Shown one piece after another: positions 32,787 through 44,131 of a stretch of 64,000 nucleotides of DNA. The notes below the pieces were generated by a model. It saw nothing but the letters and a program-made list of their open reading frames with translations, did no database searches and had not been told where the DNA came from. Source of the DNA: an uncultured Acidobacteriota bacterium (GTDB lineage Bacteria > Acidobacteriota > UBA6911 > RPQK01 > JAPXNP01); the NCBI GenBank assembly GCA_963777605.1, contig CAVZRV010000031.1:192001-256000 (forward strand), given 5' to 3'. The translations under genes were made by a program, and so were the position numbers. The stretch's first letter is position 1. The number at the start of each line of letters is the position of its first letter.

Positions 32787-33876
32787 CTAGAAGACTCCAG
32801 CCTTCTTGAGGCCGGGCAAAATATCGTAAGTGAGGATCATGTCAAGGCGAAAACCGTTGGTGTCGCGAAACTCATTGGAGAATCCATTCTGGACGAAGAC
32901 CTGAGTGCCGAAACCTTGAGGAAGTGAGATCTTCGTCACTGCGAAAACCCGGTTCCCTTTCTTGAATCGGTCGCCGTTCAACCCTCCATACGAGGTGTCG
33001 ATGCTTGCGACTCCTCCCCCGAATGAGAACCGTCTGTGGAGCTTCTTATCGAACTGGAATGCGAACCCGTAAGCTTTCACTCCCTCCACCCGCTGGTAGT
33101 TCTCAAAGCGAATCGAGTCTGCCACCTTGAGTTGGGGAACCTCGAACTTAATCGCTTGTCGCAGCGTCGAAATCCCCCATTGCGACGTATAATCCCCTGA
33201 AATCACCGCTCGCTGACCGATCTTCTTACCGAGGAGAAAGTGGTAGTAGTTCACCTCGTCGATCCGATCGAATCGATTGAAGACGTTCGGGTCCTTGAGA
33301 TCACCCAAGAACGCCATCGTTCCAGTGATTTCGTCAAAGAAGAGAGTGTCAGGATTCTTCATTGAGACCCTGGTTCCAACGAGAAAACCATCGTTGTCAT
33401 AGGTGGTGATCTCGGTTGAGGCGCCTCTCACAGGGGAAATGCCTCCCCACTGAAATTCGAAACCATCAGTCGGCTTCAACCCGACGTAAAGCTGGCGGAC
33501 ATTGAAGTTCCAGCTTGCACTATTGTCCGATCCCGTCCCAACTCCCGGTAAAGCCGGTCCCGGATCCAAGGACGCTATTGACGGTGAATCTACCCTCGGA
33601 GTCGGCGCGGAACTGTAGATTGAACCACTCCTTGTGCTGTTGCTGATTACTGAGCGTGTCTCCCTGATCACTCTCCACGTACTGATAGCGTGTGTAGAGC
33701 GTCCCGGTCTGAAGATCGAACCAGCGGTGTCGAGGACCCTCGTCGTTTGTCCTGGTGGTGGTTGAAGCGCCGACAGGTGCCGACTCAGAATCGGCCTCGG
33801 CGTACAGGGGAAAAGTGCCGAATACAAACACGAGCAATAGAATCAAACTGGTGTGCCAGCGCTCTCTCATCTTCAC
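32787..33876 (-). CDS. probable outer-membrane beta-barrel protein, split near 33545
   Basis: Signal peptide in 33520..33876; amphipathic strands, RGASTEITTYDNDG and terminal Phe in 32787..33827. Confidence 0.7.
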
Positions 33877-34183
33877 CGTCCTCCAAGATTCCGACTGCCC
33901 AATTCTTGACGTTAGCGGAAAGGTAGGCTCGATTATCCTTCCTCATGTCTGAATCGACACGACGAAGACGCGACTGCATGACATTTGTTCCTATGTTCGC
34001 TGTAAGATTTTTCTGTAGGGTTGCCTCACGCTCCTGGATATCAGGGCTCTTGGTGATCTGAGGCGGTAGTATCCGGGACACACCTTGTCCGCCGGCATCC
34101 GGTTACGCTGCAGTTGACTCTCGGGGTTCCGGGAATCCTGGTCCCATTTCACCTCAGCAAAATGAAATTCCGAGGCCAACTCG

Positions 34184-36181
34184 TTAGTGAATCGTGAACT
34201 CCTTGCGAAAGGTCTTTCTCGAATCGCCTTTCTGAACGTCCACCCAGAGCACCCGGTCAGACCACGAAAAGCCGACCTTCTTTACGAACTGGCCGGTGGC
34301 CGGGTCGACGGGAACTTCTTCGCCACCGACTCGCACCGTCGTCCCCGGCTCGACAAAGCCGTACACCTTGGTGGTGGCCGGACCCGTGTCCAGGACCGTA
34401 TTGGGAGATGGATCGGTTCCCAGCAGAACCAGCGGCTCCTCTCGGATCTTTGTCAGTTCGGCGGCCAGGAATCTCCTGACGGCGTAGAAGATCTCCGGAT
34501 CTGTGGTGTAATCGGTCAGGCTCCCGACCAGCCGGCCGCAGATCTCGCGGCTGGCGGTTTTCGGAGAGAACTGATCCGGGCTGACGTTGAGCCGACTCAT
34601 GATCTCTCGGGTCCTCTCCTCGAGCAGCCAGAGATACTCGTAGTCTTCCATTCCCTCCCGCAGCATCTCCCACCGCATCGAACTCATCGGTCCATTCTTG
34701 CCCGGGTAAATGATGTGCGAGTCGCCCGGAGGAAACCGGGGAGCAGGACCGAAAGGATCGTTCCAGCCGTAAGTGAGGCCCCAGTGCAGAAATCCTTCCG
34801 TGCCTGTGAAGTAGTTCATCCAGTGGAGAATCCGGGTCTTGCTCAGGTGATAGTCGAGGAAGCGGTTGGCATAGCGGCCCCAAGGGGCGCAGCAGGTATA
34901 GAACCAGAGCTCCGTACCGCGATCCTGAGCCGCCTTGAAATCGTCGAACCAGGTGTGAACATCCCGGGTGAGCGGAACCATGATATCGAGAGAGTCTTCG
35001 TAGCCAGTCGCTCCGATCGCATCAATCGTCTCGACACCCGGCATGTGTTCGCGAACGAATTTCGCGACGGCCTTCCACTGGCCCATGTTGTGAAAAGAGG
35101 GTTCGTCCGCCACGTGAACAATCGCGCGGTCGAGCCAGCCCCGTTCTCCGAGGTGCCTGTGGAGGTCACTGAGCAAGCCGGCCATCCCCTCATTTTCCGG
35201 GAGAGAAACCCGTTCTCCGCTCGCCCTGTCGACCGGCTTCACGTCATAAATGAGGATCTCGTTTCCTTGTAGTCCCTCCTCCCCATGATGGGCAACATGC
35301 TGGATTTCGATTCTCTCCGCTGTGCCTGCCTCAATGAAGGTCTCGACAAAACGATCGAAATCGGAGTAGTCGTACGTCAGCCTGCCGTCGGCTTCCCGGA
35401 AGATCTTGATCAGGCGCCACGGGGTATAGATCACATTCTGATGATGTTCCGCAAAGTCTCGAGCATAACGACTGAGTATTTCCCAATATTCGTCCGAGAG
35501 AAGTTCCACACCATGCGCTTGGGCGATGTGGTTGCCCTGAAACCAGTTCGTCAGGTAGAGGTGGCGTTCGTCCGGAAGCTCAAAGGGAAAGACGGTCAGT
35601 TCAATCGGAAGATCGACATTTCCCGACGAGGTCTGGACTCCGATGGTGCCCCGATACAAACCTGGCGGTGTCCCTTTGGGAACGCGAGCGGTGATCCAGA
35701 CCGGCTGGGACGTGTCCGCAGGCACAGTGACCGACGTTTCCTCGAGAAGAGGGTCAGGACAGTCAAACGGAGCCAGCCTCAGGAGTTCTCCCGGAGGGAT
35801 ATCGAGATGCTCTCCGCACTCTGCCTCGGTGGTGTTTCGTTCGACCGGAACGTAGCCGACAAATCGCCACTCCAGATTGGCTGCCGCAATTCGAGCTTCT
35901 CCTGACGCGTGAGAGAGTTCCGACACTGTGACCGAGACATTTCGAAGTTCCCGGTCAGAGCGGATCACGAACTGACCCGATTCGAATTCATTTGCTGCAC
36001 TTTCCAGCGTGAGTACCGGTTCCCCGTCAGAAATCAGCCTCGTGTCGTGGAAAATCTTATCGAGCGGGCTCACGACGGAAACCTGTATCTCGCTCTGCGC
36101 GAAAAGACTCGCACCACTTCCGAGGATCAAGCCCGTCACCAAGACTGTCTGCTTCACTAGTTGGTTGATCTCACACTTCAT
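34184..36181 (-). CDS. DUF4091-containing glycoside hydrolase-like protein (GH123-related)
   Basis: Signal peptide; NEFESGQ, DEP, WFYTC, GFLHW, PPGD..IIYPG, SMRWEMLREGMEDYE. Confidence 0.85.
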   Translation of the reverse strand: MKCEINQLVKQTVLVTGLILGSGASLFAQSEIQVSVVSPLDKIFHDTRLISDGEPVLTLESAANEFESGQFVIRSDRELRNVSVTVSELSHASGEARIAAANLEWRFVGYVPVERNTTEAECGEHLDIPPGELLRLAPFDCPDPLLEETSVTVPADTSQPVWITARVPKGTPPGLYRGTIGVQTSSGNVDLPIELTVFPFELPDERHLYLTNWFQGNHIAQAHGVELLSDEYWEILSRYARDFAEHHQNVIYTPWRLIKIFREADGRLTYDYSDFDRFVETFIEAGTAERIEIQHVAHHGEEGLQGNEILIYDVKPVDRASGERVSLPENEGMAGLLSDLHRHLGERGWLDRAIVHVADEPSFHNMGQWKAVAKFVREHMPGVETIDAIGATGYEDSLDIMVPLTRDVHTWFDDFKAAQDRGTELWFYTCCAPWGRYANRFLDYHLSKTRILHWMNYFTGTEGFLHWGLTYGWNDPFGPAPRFPPGDSHIIYPGKNGPMSSMRWEMLREGMEDYEYLWLLEERTREIMSRLNVSPDQFSPKTASREICGRLVGSLTDYTTDPEIFYAVRRFLAAELTKIREEPLVLLGTDPSPNTVLDTGPATTKVYGFVEPGTTVRVGGEEVPVDPATGQFVKKVGFSWSDRVLWVDVQKGDSRKTFRKEFTIH

Positions 36182-36447
36182 CTGTGTCCTCCCAGCCTGC
36201 CCTGCTTCCTCGCCCGGATCTGTCAATTGAGAAAACCCGGACCATTCTCGATCGTTCTTCTTGTATGGCAACCACGCCAGATATGCAAGGGGAGACTTGG
36301 CCGTCCGCGGACGAGAGCGGACGGCAAGTTTATCGAGAAGTCCGGCAGTTCTCCAGGCAGCTGAAGTGGACTCCGGGGCGTCTCGATCCGGTTCCTGCCG
36401 GTTTTCGATTCTCGCTTACACCGCTTCTGAGGCAGAATAGATGGACT

Positions 36448-38205
36448 ATGTCGCGTTGGATTGGTTTCGTTTGCATTGTTGCTGTAGTGGCGGGTTGCGG
36501 CGGTGGGCGGGCGTGGGCGGCGGAGGGGCCGCAGAGCGTTCAGGAGCGGCTCGCCTGGTTCAAGCATGACAAGTTCGGAATGTTCATCCACTGGGGGCCG
36601 TATTCGGCCCTGGCGGGCGAGTGGAACGGCCGCCGCGTGGAGGTCGGCGACATCGCCGAATGGATCATGGAGCGTCTCCGGATTCCGGTCGCCGAGTATC
36701 GCGAGATGGCGCGGGACTTCAACCCGGTCGAGTTCGACGCTCAAAGCATCGTAAAACTCGCGAAAGAAACGGGAATGAAGTACCTGGTGTTCACCTCGAA
36801 GCACCACGACGGCTTCGCGATGTACCACTCCAGGGTCAGCGGATACAACATCGTGGACTGGACAAAGTTCGGCCGGGATCCTCTGCGGGAGCTGGCGGAT
36901 GAGTGCCACCGGCAGGGTATCCGGTTCGGGATCTACTATTCCCATCGCGAAGACTGGAACGAGCCCTTCGCCTACGGCAACACCTGGGACTTCGACTTCG
37001 ACCCGGAGCAGGACCTGGGAACGTTCGAAAAGAAATACCTCGAGGTGAAGGCCAAACCGCAACTGCGGGAGATTCTCAGCAACTACGGCGAGATTTCCCT
37101 GCTCTGGTTCGACCGCGGCATCTACACGCCGGAAGAGGCCAAGCAGTTCTCGGACATCGTCCACGAGCTCCAGCCGAAAGCGATCATCAACGGTCGGATC
37201 GGCAGCTACGGCCAGGAGCTGCTGGGCGACTACCAGAACACGGACGACAACGGGATGCCTCCGGGCGGCATCGAGGAGTACTGGGAGACGCCACAGACGC
37301 TCAACCACACCTGGGGCTACAGCAAGTTCGACACCGAGTGGAAAAGCCCCGCGGAAGTGGTGCGCCGGCTGGTCGACATCGTGAGCAAGGGCGGCAACTA
37401 CCTGCTGAATATCGGCCCGGACGGGATGGGCCGCGTGCCGCAGGCGTCTGTCGATGTCCTCACGCGGGTTGGGAGATGGATGCGGGCCAACGGGGAGAGC
37501 GTCTACGGGACTACGGCGAGCCCGTTCGGCCAGATCCCCTGGGGCACCTGCACGGTGAAGGGGGAGCGGCTCTACCTGCATGTATTTGACTGGCCCGCCG
37601 ACGGCAGGCTCACGCTCGAGGGGCTTCGCAGCGAGGTGCTTGGGGTCCGGCTGGCTCCGAAAGAGGGTGGAATGCTGCCGTTTGAGCAGAACGGGAGTAC
37701 GGTTGTCGTTACGGTTCCGGATGAGGCTCCGGATGAGCTGGACAGTGTGGTGGAGATGGAAATCCGCGGGGTTCCCGAGGTCGATCCAGCCATGGTGACT
37801 CAGGGCAACGATGGTGCTTTCCGTCTCGACTACATGACGGCCGTGACGAGCGGACGCGCAGTGAAACGGTTCAACCGCGTCGGGAAGTTTCACATTTCGA
37901 AGTGGAAGGGCCCGGAGGACAAGATCACTTGGCACGTAGAGATTACGAATCCAGGGGAGTTCGAAGTGAAGATCACTTACGCCGCCATGAAGGAGCGGGC
38001 CGGAGCTCCGTATGTAATCAAATCGGGTAACGCTGAAGTGATTGGCACGGTGGAGACTACGGGAGACTGGTACGAATACAAAACTTTTTCGTTGGGAACC
38101 CTGGAATTGCCGAAGGCAGGCGCCCAGACGATCGAGATCCGCCCGCGGCACGAACTCCCTGAAGACATGATGTATTTCAAGGAAATCGAGCTGCGGCCAA
38201 TGTAG
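36448..38205 (+). CDS. alpha-L-fucosidase (GH29) with C-terminal CBM-like domain
   Basis: KFGMFIHWG, SKHHDGF, LWFD, SKGGNYLLNIGP. Confidence 0.93.
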   Translation: MSRWIGFVCIVAVVAGCGGGRAWAAEGPQSVQERLAWFKHDKFGMFIHWGPYSALAGEWNGRRVEVGDIAEWIMERLRIPVAEYREMARDFNPVEFDAQSIVKLAKETGMKYLVFTSKHHDGFAMYHSRVSGYNIVDWTKFGRDPLRELADECHRQGIRFGIYYSHREDWNEPFAYGNTWDFDFDPEQDLGTFEKKYLEVKAKPQLREILSNYGEISLLWFDRGIYTPEEAKQFSDIVHELQPKAIINGRIGSYGQELLGDYQNTDDNGMPPGGIEEYWETPQTLNHTWGYSKFDTEWKSPAEVVRRLVDIVSKGGNYLLNIGPDGMGRVPQASVDVLTRVGRWMRANGESVYGTTASPFGQIPWGTCTVKGERLYLHVFDWPADGRLTLEGLRSEVLGVRLAPKEGGMLPFEQNGSTVVVTVPDEAPDELDSVVEMEIRGVPEVDPAMVTQGNDGAFRLDYMTAVTSGRAVKRFNRVGKFHISKWKGPEDKITWHVEITNPGEFEVKITYAAMKERAGAPYVIKSGNAEVIGTVETTGDWYEYKTFSLGTLELPKAGAQTIEIRPRHELPEDMMYFKEIELRPM

Positions 38206-38246
38206 TCCTAACGGGCAATCCTTCGCAGATCGGCAGTGAGTTCAAG

Positions 38247-38522
38247 CGAGCCCCGCCCTTCCACGTTGCCGGGATCATTCTCAAAATGAAACCGGTGAAG
38301 CATTGCCAGATAAGCGCGCCAACCGCGCAGAGTCATTTTCAGCCCGGCGGCAACGCCCCGGGAATGGGGCCGAGGCGGCATTGCAGAACTGAAAGTGCGC
38401 TTCAGTCCCAGTGGCTGACTGTTTCGGGTCAAACCGAAAATTGAAGATCCTGGATTGACCCCTTTTCGCTTCCGCCGGGCAAGCTGCCCGGGCGACATAC
38501 CAGGCACGGCTGCCTAGATTAC
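38247..38522 (+). repeat. dispersed composite REP/MITE-like repeat, family A copy 2
   Basis: Matches the reverse complement of 17878-18152. Confidence 0.8.
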
Positions 38523-38692
38523 AGGGCTCCGGGAAGCGCTTGAAGGAGGTTCCTCAGCGGTGTTCTTTATCCCAGCCTACTCCAGTCGGCAGAAAACCTC
38601 GACCGTGGTTTCGACGATACCGAGACTGAACGGTTCCTTGTGGCATTGCCTCTATAGTATTGCGGGCGTTGGCATAACGCGGAGGAGGTCCT

Positions 38693-40409
38693 GTGCAGTC
38701 CAAAGGCATCACTCTGGCGAGTCTTTCTCGCGTTCTGGGATTTGCAGCTCTCCTTGTCCTCCCTTCGGGAACGCTTCGGTCCGAGGGGACGGATTGGAAT
38801 CCTCAGCCTCGAGTTGAAGAAGGACTGGAACAGCGGGCCTCTTTATTGGGAATTCCGACGAGCCGGTTGGCTAAGGCCCGAGAAGCCCTGGTCCAGGCGA
38901 CCCGTGTCCAACTCCCGGACCTGCTCGAGAATGAAATGTACGATCCCCAAGCCCTGCTTCGGGAGTGGGAGCGGCTGCATCCTCAGGCGATCAACTCGGT
39001 GATCAGTCTCAGGGGCGCGCAGTTGACCGACACCCGGGACTCCGAAACGGTTGCCAAAGAGCTGGTCCCTCTTTTCGCGGAAATGGTCGAGACCGATCCG
39101 ATCCGGCTTCGTCAGCTGCTGACAGGCTCGATTCTTCAATCCCGTCGAACGAGACGCCCTGCTCAATCGGATCATCCAGCACAGGTTGAAGACGCGGGCG
39201 GTGGGAGGGTTCTGCAGACGCTGACCAGATCATCGATATGCTGGACGAAGTTCAACGGGAGTACCCCGAATTCCGGATGATCTTCGAGATGAGGGGGCTT
39301 CTGGTCAGACAACTCTGGCTCGAGAACCGGGTCGCCGAAGCCCGCCAAGTCGCTGGAAGACATCCCGCAAGATTTCAAGAGATGTGTCCCCATCACGCCC
39401 TGGTTAATCGAAGACTTCGGGCAGGGAATTCGCTGGATCGGGCGGTTGACTCCAGACGTCTTTTTGACGGGATTCGATCTATTAGACGAGGCGCTGAAGC
39501 ATTCAGTCGAAGCGCAGAATCAATATGAACTGCTTGCGAAAGACGGCATCGGCTCCGTCTCCGTCAGTTGGGCTGACCAGGTACGGCTCAAGACTGTGCC
39601 GGGGCTTCGCCCGATCAGAACCGGCATGGGAGCAGCTCCTGGCCGGCCGACCCGAGTTGAGAGAACTGGTCGAGCGGGTCAATCTCAGAGGCCGCCAGCT
39701 CGTACTACCTCCGGTTCCCTTTGCTTTGCCCGAGATCAGGAGTCCCAGGACGCAGGGGAACAGCTGGTCTCCGAGCTGCTGGATCGCTCCTCCCGGGCCG
39801 TTCGCGGCTTTCGCGGTTCGTCCTACATGATGCAATCCTCGATGACCGGAACGACGCCGGGTTTTGGACCGGGGCTGCCCAACGAATTCGGCCGCGCAAC
39901 GCCGGCGCCAAGCTGGCGTTCGACCCGGTCCCGCCTGGCACGAGAGTTGGGAACGCTGGAGAAATTCGATCTGCTCTTCCGCTACTCGAGTTCGAGAGCC
40001 CTCCCCGACAAGTGCCGGCGGGAGGCACTGAAAATCTCCTACAAACTCTTGGACGAAGCCACGGACCCGCTCCTGCGGGCTCGCCTTCTGACCGGGATCC
40101 TTCCGCTGGAGCGCCGGTTCGGGGAGAAAGACGTCGCGGCCGGCCATCTCGCGGAAGCCAGGAAACTGCTGGCCCAACTGCGAAAGTCTCCGACCGTCGA
40201 ATGCCGGCGGAGCCGGTCCGGACGGAGTCCGAATGGCGATCGATACGTTCGAGCGGGTGGTCGTCGCCGAATGGGCGTGGGTCGATTATCCGGGCGCAGC
40301 GTCATACGCGGCGAAGCTCAGCGGTTTCAACCGGTTCGCTGCCTTTCTGGAGATCGCGCGTCTGCTCTCGCTGTCGCCGTATTATCGCAACTGGCCGTTC
40401 AGTCCTTAG
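38693..40409 (+). CDS. hypothetical secreted helical protein broken by several frameshifts
   Basis: GGAGG RBS with GTG start, signal-like N-terminus; overlapping protein-like ORFs 38693-39280, 39238-39528 and 39446 onward; final frame ends ...YRNWPFSP* at 40409. Confidence 0.5.
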
Positions 40410-40413
40410 TGCT

Positions 40414-41412
40414 TCAGGCTCGCCAGGGGCGGGTTCGATTCAGGTCTGACGCGAGCACCGTTTTGACCGTCTCGACATTCCTGGGCACGTGAAAGTCGAA
40501 CATGCCGACACAGAGGAAGTCGGCGCCCCCTTCGAAGGCAAAACGGAAGGCCCGCTTCGGGTCCAGGGCTCCCGCCGCCAGCACTTTGAAGGCGACCCAG
40601 GGCACTTCGCTTTGGGCCATGACGTGTCGAGTTTCCTCCGGCTTGATGCACCAGATGTTGTCGTGATCGTGCCCGCTCCCGCTGTCTACGTTGAACTCGA
40701 CCCTCTGGTCCCTCGGAGTAGCGGAGAAATAGTCGTCTGAGTGATAGGTCTTCATGAAGAAATCGGGACGAATCCCCGCCTTCAGCACCGCCTTGGTCGT
40801 CTCGATGGAGTGACTTCCAATCCCCGAAGGAAGACCAGATTCCTGCATAGCTTCCAGGACTTCCCCCAGTTCTTCGACGGCGCCGCGTGAAACGAACGAA
40901 TCTCCGATCCCGCCCTGCACGTAGAGGGCATTGGGCTCGTTATCGAGAACTTCGTTCAGGTTGGCCTTCATGTCGGCGAGGGAGCATTCGCGGTAGGGCT
41001 TGGATGGATGAATCTCGGAGAGCCACTGGATCCTGCCGCCCCGTTCTTTGCGGTATTGCTTCATGAGGCGAACCGGCCTTTCAAACGGATCCGACAGGAC
41101 AGTATTGACGCCCAGTTCTTCACACCGCTGCCAAGTGTCGAGGACCCGGTCGTCGGTTTGATAGGACCGCATCAGTTCGGGCAGGTAGCGCAGGTCCCTC
41201 CCGTGAGCGTAACCACTGACCTGGTTACAGCCGATAAAGAGCCGGCTGACCCGGAGATTCCCCAGACGCCCCAGCGGCATTCCCTTCTCGGAAGCCTCCG
41301 GCATCACCACCGCAGGAGACGCCTGGGCAACACTGCGGCTGACTTCGACCGCAGCTGCGGTTCCCAACGCGGAATGCTTAAGAAAGTCCCGACGATTCTG
41401 ATGGTTCGTCAT
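40414..41412 (-). CDS. Tat-exported aldo/keto-reductase-like TIM-barrel protein
   Basis: NRRDFLK; GRLGNLRVSRLFIGCN; AFKVLAAG...GADFLCVGMFDF; GGAGG RBS. Confidence 0.75.
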   Translation of the reverse strand: MTNHQNRRDFLKHSALGTAAAVEVSRSVAQASPAVVMPEASEKGMPLGRLGNLRVSRLFIGCNQVSGYAHGRDLRYLPELMRSYQTDDRVLDTWQRCEELGVNTVLSDPFERPVRLMKQYRKERGGRIQWLSEIHPSKPYRECSLADMKANLNEVLDNEPNALYVQGGIGDSFVSRGAVEELGEVLEAMQESGLPSGIGSHSIETTKAVLKAGIRPDFFMKTYHSDDYFSATPRDQRVEFNVDSGSGHDHDNIWCIKPEETRHVMAQSEVPWVAFKVLAAGALDPKRAFRFAFEGGADFLCVGMFDFHVPRNVETVKTVLASDLNRTRPWRA

Positions 41413-41481
41413 GGAATTGCCCTCCTGGGTCCTTAGGTTAGCAGCACGACATTCATTTGAACATCCTTTAAGAAGCAGCAC

Positions 41482-42163
41482 TCATGGAATCGGCGTGTCT
41501 GCGATGCGCCACAGGTAGAGGGACGCAATTGAGCGATACGGCTTCCAGCGCTCACTCTGGTTCGAAATCGCCTCTCTGACTGGTGCACGGGAAAGACCGT
41601 AAACCCGCCGAAACCCCCGGTGTATTCCGACGTCACTCAGCGGCATGACGTTCATCCGGCCCAGGAAGAAGATCAGGAACATGTCCGTCGTCCATTCACC
41701 GATTCCCTTGAACTTGAGAAGACAGGCCCGGACCTCCTCGTCAGGCATCTCTCTGAGTTCACCGACGCCGGGCAGGGTTCCGTTGACAGCCTCCGCGGCG
41801 AGGGCCCTGATAGCCCGGGTCTTCGCGGAGGAAACGCCGGATACGTCTGAACTGGGACTCTGCGATCCCGAGGGACTCCTCCGGCGATATGACTTCCCCA
41901 GGATACAGAGTGACGACCCTGCGAAAGATCGTCGAGGCTGCCTTTCCCGACAACTGCTGGCCGATCACCGACCTGACCAGGCTCTGAAACGGCGTCATGA
42001 CGCCACTCTTGGGAACCAACTCCAGGACGCCAATATGACGGATGTGCTGTCCAAGCCTGCTGTCCGAGTTGCACAAGTGCTCGAATGCCCGCCCGGCAAG
42101 CGAATCCGGGTATTCCGTGCCCCGGTCACTTTCGCGGAGAGGGGATCCGGGCGAAGGGTTCAT
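41482..42163 (-). CDS. DNA-3-methyladenine glycosylase (AlkA/HhH-GPD), frameshift near 41840
   Basis: SVIGQQLSGKAA, KGIGEWT..MFLIF, DVGI, WKPYRS.ASLYLW. Confidence 0.88.
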
Positions 42164-42362
42164 CGAGAGAAAATACCGGGTTCCTCTGACTCGAAACTTC
42201 GGTTTGGATGAACTGGAAGGCCTGGGAGGATTTGAGGACGTCTGGCGGAAATCGAGGCCACGGACCGTCGAATCGTCAACGGCACCGGATTTTTCACATC
42301 TGCCGCGATCGTGCTTCGAGTTCTTCGTGGACACACTCCAGCCCACGCACTACACTTTGGGG

Positions 42363-43877
42363 ATGAACTGGAAGCGGATCTTCATCACTTTCCTTCGGGT
42401 CGCAATCGGCTGGCACTTCCTCTACGAAGGGGTTTCCAAGCTGATAGCCGACGGCTGGACCGCCCACGGCTACCTGGTCAACTCCTCGGGATTCCTGTCG
42501 GGCTTTTACCACTGGCTGGCCTCCTCGCCCGGAGCGATGAGTGTGGTCGATCCGTTGAATATCTACGGATTGATTTTGATCGGCCTCGCCCTGTTCCTCG
42601 GCGTGTTTATCCGCCCGGCAGCCGTCGCCGGGGTCCTGTTGTTAGGGTTGTACTACTTCGCCTACCCTCCATTCAGCGGGTCATGGTTCGGATCGACAGA
42701 GGGGAACCTGTTCATTGTCAACAAGAGCTTCATTGAGGCTGCCGCCCTCATCCTCCTTCTCGCTATCGGGGAAAAGGGTTATGGTCTGCATGCCTTGAAG
42801 TCATTTATCTGGAAGCCCGGTGACGCAGGCCGGAACGAGGACGTCACCACCGGGTCCGCCAACTCGAGAAGAGAACTGATCAAAAATCTTGCCACCGTTC
42901 CGGCCCTCGGAATCGTCGGATGGGGCGCCTACCGCGAGCATCAGAAGTACGGAGTGGACACGCTTTCCGGAGCCACCATTCAGGTAGGCAGGGCCGATCT
43001 ATCCGAGTTGAAGGGAGAATTGCAGAAGGGGAAGATCGGGGATCACGAAATCAGCAGGCTGGTCCTCGGGGGAAACCTCATCGGCGGCTGGGCACATGCC
43101 CGTGACCTTATCTACGTCTCTTCCCTCTTCCGTGCCTACAACACGGAGCGGAAGATCTTCGAGACCCTGATGACAGCTGAAGCCGCCGGGATCAACACCA
43201 TTAACATCGGCTTTCCCTCGAACCCGGTGATCCAGAAGTACAAGAGAATTACCGGCAGCAAGATCAAGGTGATCTCCCAGGTCGCACCCGACCTGGAAAA
43301 AGGAGACTACTTCGTCAACATCGACCAGGCCATCGACTACGGAGTGGACATCGTCCAGATTCAGGGCAACCAGGTTGACTGGCTCGTGCGGGACAACCGA
43401 ATTGACGTCGTCGCAAAGATGATGGACAGGATTCAAACCCAGGGATATACCGCCGGGCTGGCGTCCCACACGGTGGATGCGCTGATCGCGTGCGAAGATG
43501 CGGGCATCGTGCCCGATTACTACATGAAGACCATGCACCACGACCGCTACTGGTCGGCCCACCCGATCGAAAACCGGGTTCCTTTCGAAGTGGACGGCAA
43601 GCAGTACCTTGATCACAACCGTTTCCACAACAACATCTTCTGCCTCTTCCCCGAGCGCACGGTCGAGTTCGTCCAAAGGGCGACGGTTCCCGTTATGGGG
43701 TTCAAGGTGCTGGCCGCGGGAGCTATTGCACCAGAGGATGGTTTCCGCTGGGCATTCGAGAGCGGTGCCGATTTCATCTGCGTGGGAATGTTCGATTTTC
43801 AGATCGTCAACGACGTCAACATTGCCCTCGATGTCCTGAACGAACTGCCGAGACGCGAGCGCCAATGGTACAGCTGA
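42363..43877 (+). CDS. DoxX-family membrane domain fused to an AKR-like TIM-barrel domain
   Basis: LRVAIGWHFLYEG (DoxX); internal SRRELIK plus TM; ISRLVLGGN...FKVLAAG...GADFICVGMFDF, paralogous to 40414..41412. Confidence 0.8.
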   Translation: MNWKRIFITFLRVAIGWHFLYEGVSKLIADGWTAHGYLVNSSGFLSGFYHWLASSPGAMSVVDPLNIYGLILIGLALFLGVFIRPAAVAGVLLLGLYYFAYPPFSGSWFGSTEGNLFIVNKSFIEAAALILLLAIGEKGYGLHALKSFIWKPGDAGRNEDVTTGSANSRRELIKNLATVPALGIVGWGAYREHQKYGVDTLSGATIQVGRADLSELKGELQKGKIGDHEISRLVLGGNLIGGWAHARDLIYVSSLFRAYNTERKIFETLMTAEAAGINTINIGFPSNPVIQKYKRITGSKIKVISQVAPDLEKGDYFVNIDQAIDYGVDIVQIQGNQVDWLVRDNRIDVVAKMMDRIQTQGYTAGLASHTVDALIACEDAGIVPDYYMKTMHHDRYWSAHPIENRVPFEVDGKQYLDHNRFHNNIFCLFPERTVEFVQRATVPVMGFKVLAAGAIAPEDGFRWAFESGADFICVGMFDFQIVNDVNIALDVLNELPRRERQWYS

Positions 43878-43931
43878 GATAGGGTAGGACATGCTTCCAG
43901 CTTGTCGCCGTGATCGAAGCCACCTAACCGG

Positions 43932-44118
43932 AGACCGGGAGGAAATCGAGAAGCGAGCATCGAGAATGGTTCTCGAATGACGAAAATCGGGTGCTCCTGA
44001 CACCATCGCGGCCTATCTCTGCAGGTGGGTTCATTCCCGATTGCTCCGCTTCTCGCTTCTCGCTTTGAACACAGTTTCAATCTTTGAATGATCCGCAAGC
44101 GCCCGGGGTCGGGCTGAT
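43932..44118 (+). repeat. dispersed hairpin-forming repeat, family B copy 1
   Basis: AATCGAGAAGCGAGCATCGAGAATGGTT.TCGAATGACGAA...CCATCGCGGCC...GTGGGTTCATTC...GCTTCTCG aligns with the reverse complement of 58292-58487. Confidence 0.8.
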
Positions 44119-44131
44119 CGGGAGAACAGGT

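Noticed and set aside
19803-38151. Long antisense ORFs (e.g. 19803..21626, 26298..27431, 36223..38151)
   Set aside because: They mirror well-supported genes on the opposite strand and show no motifs, as expected in GC-rich DNA
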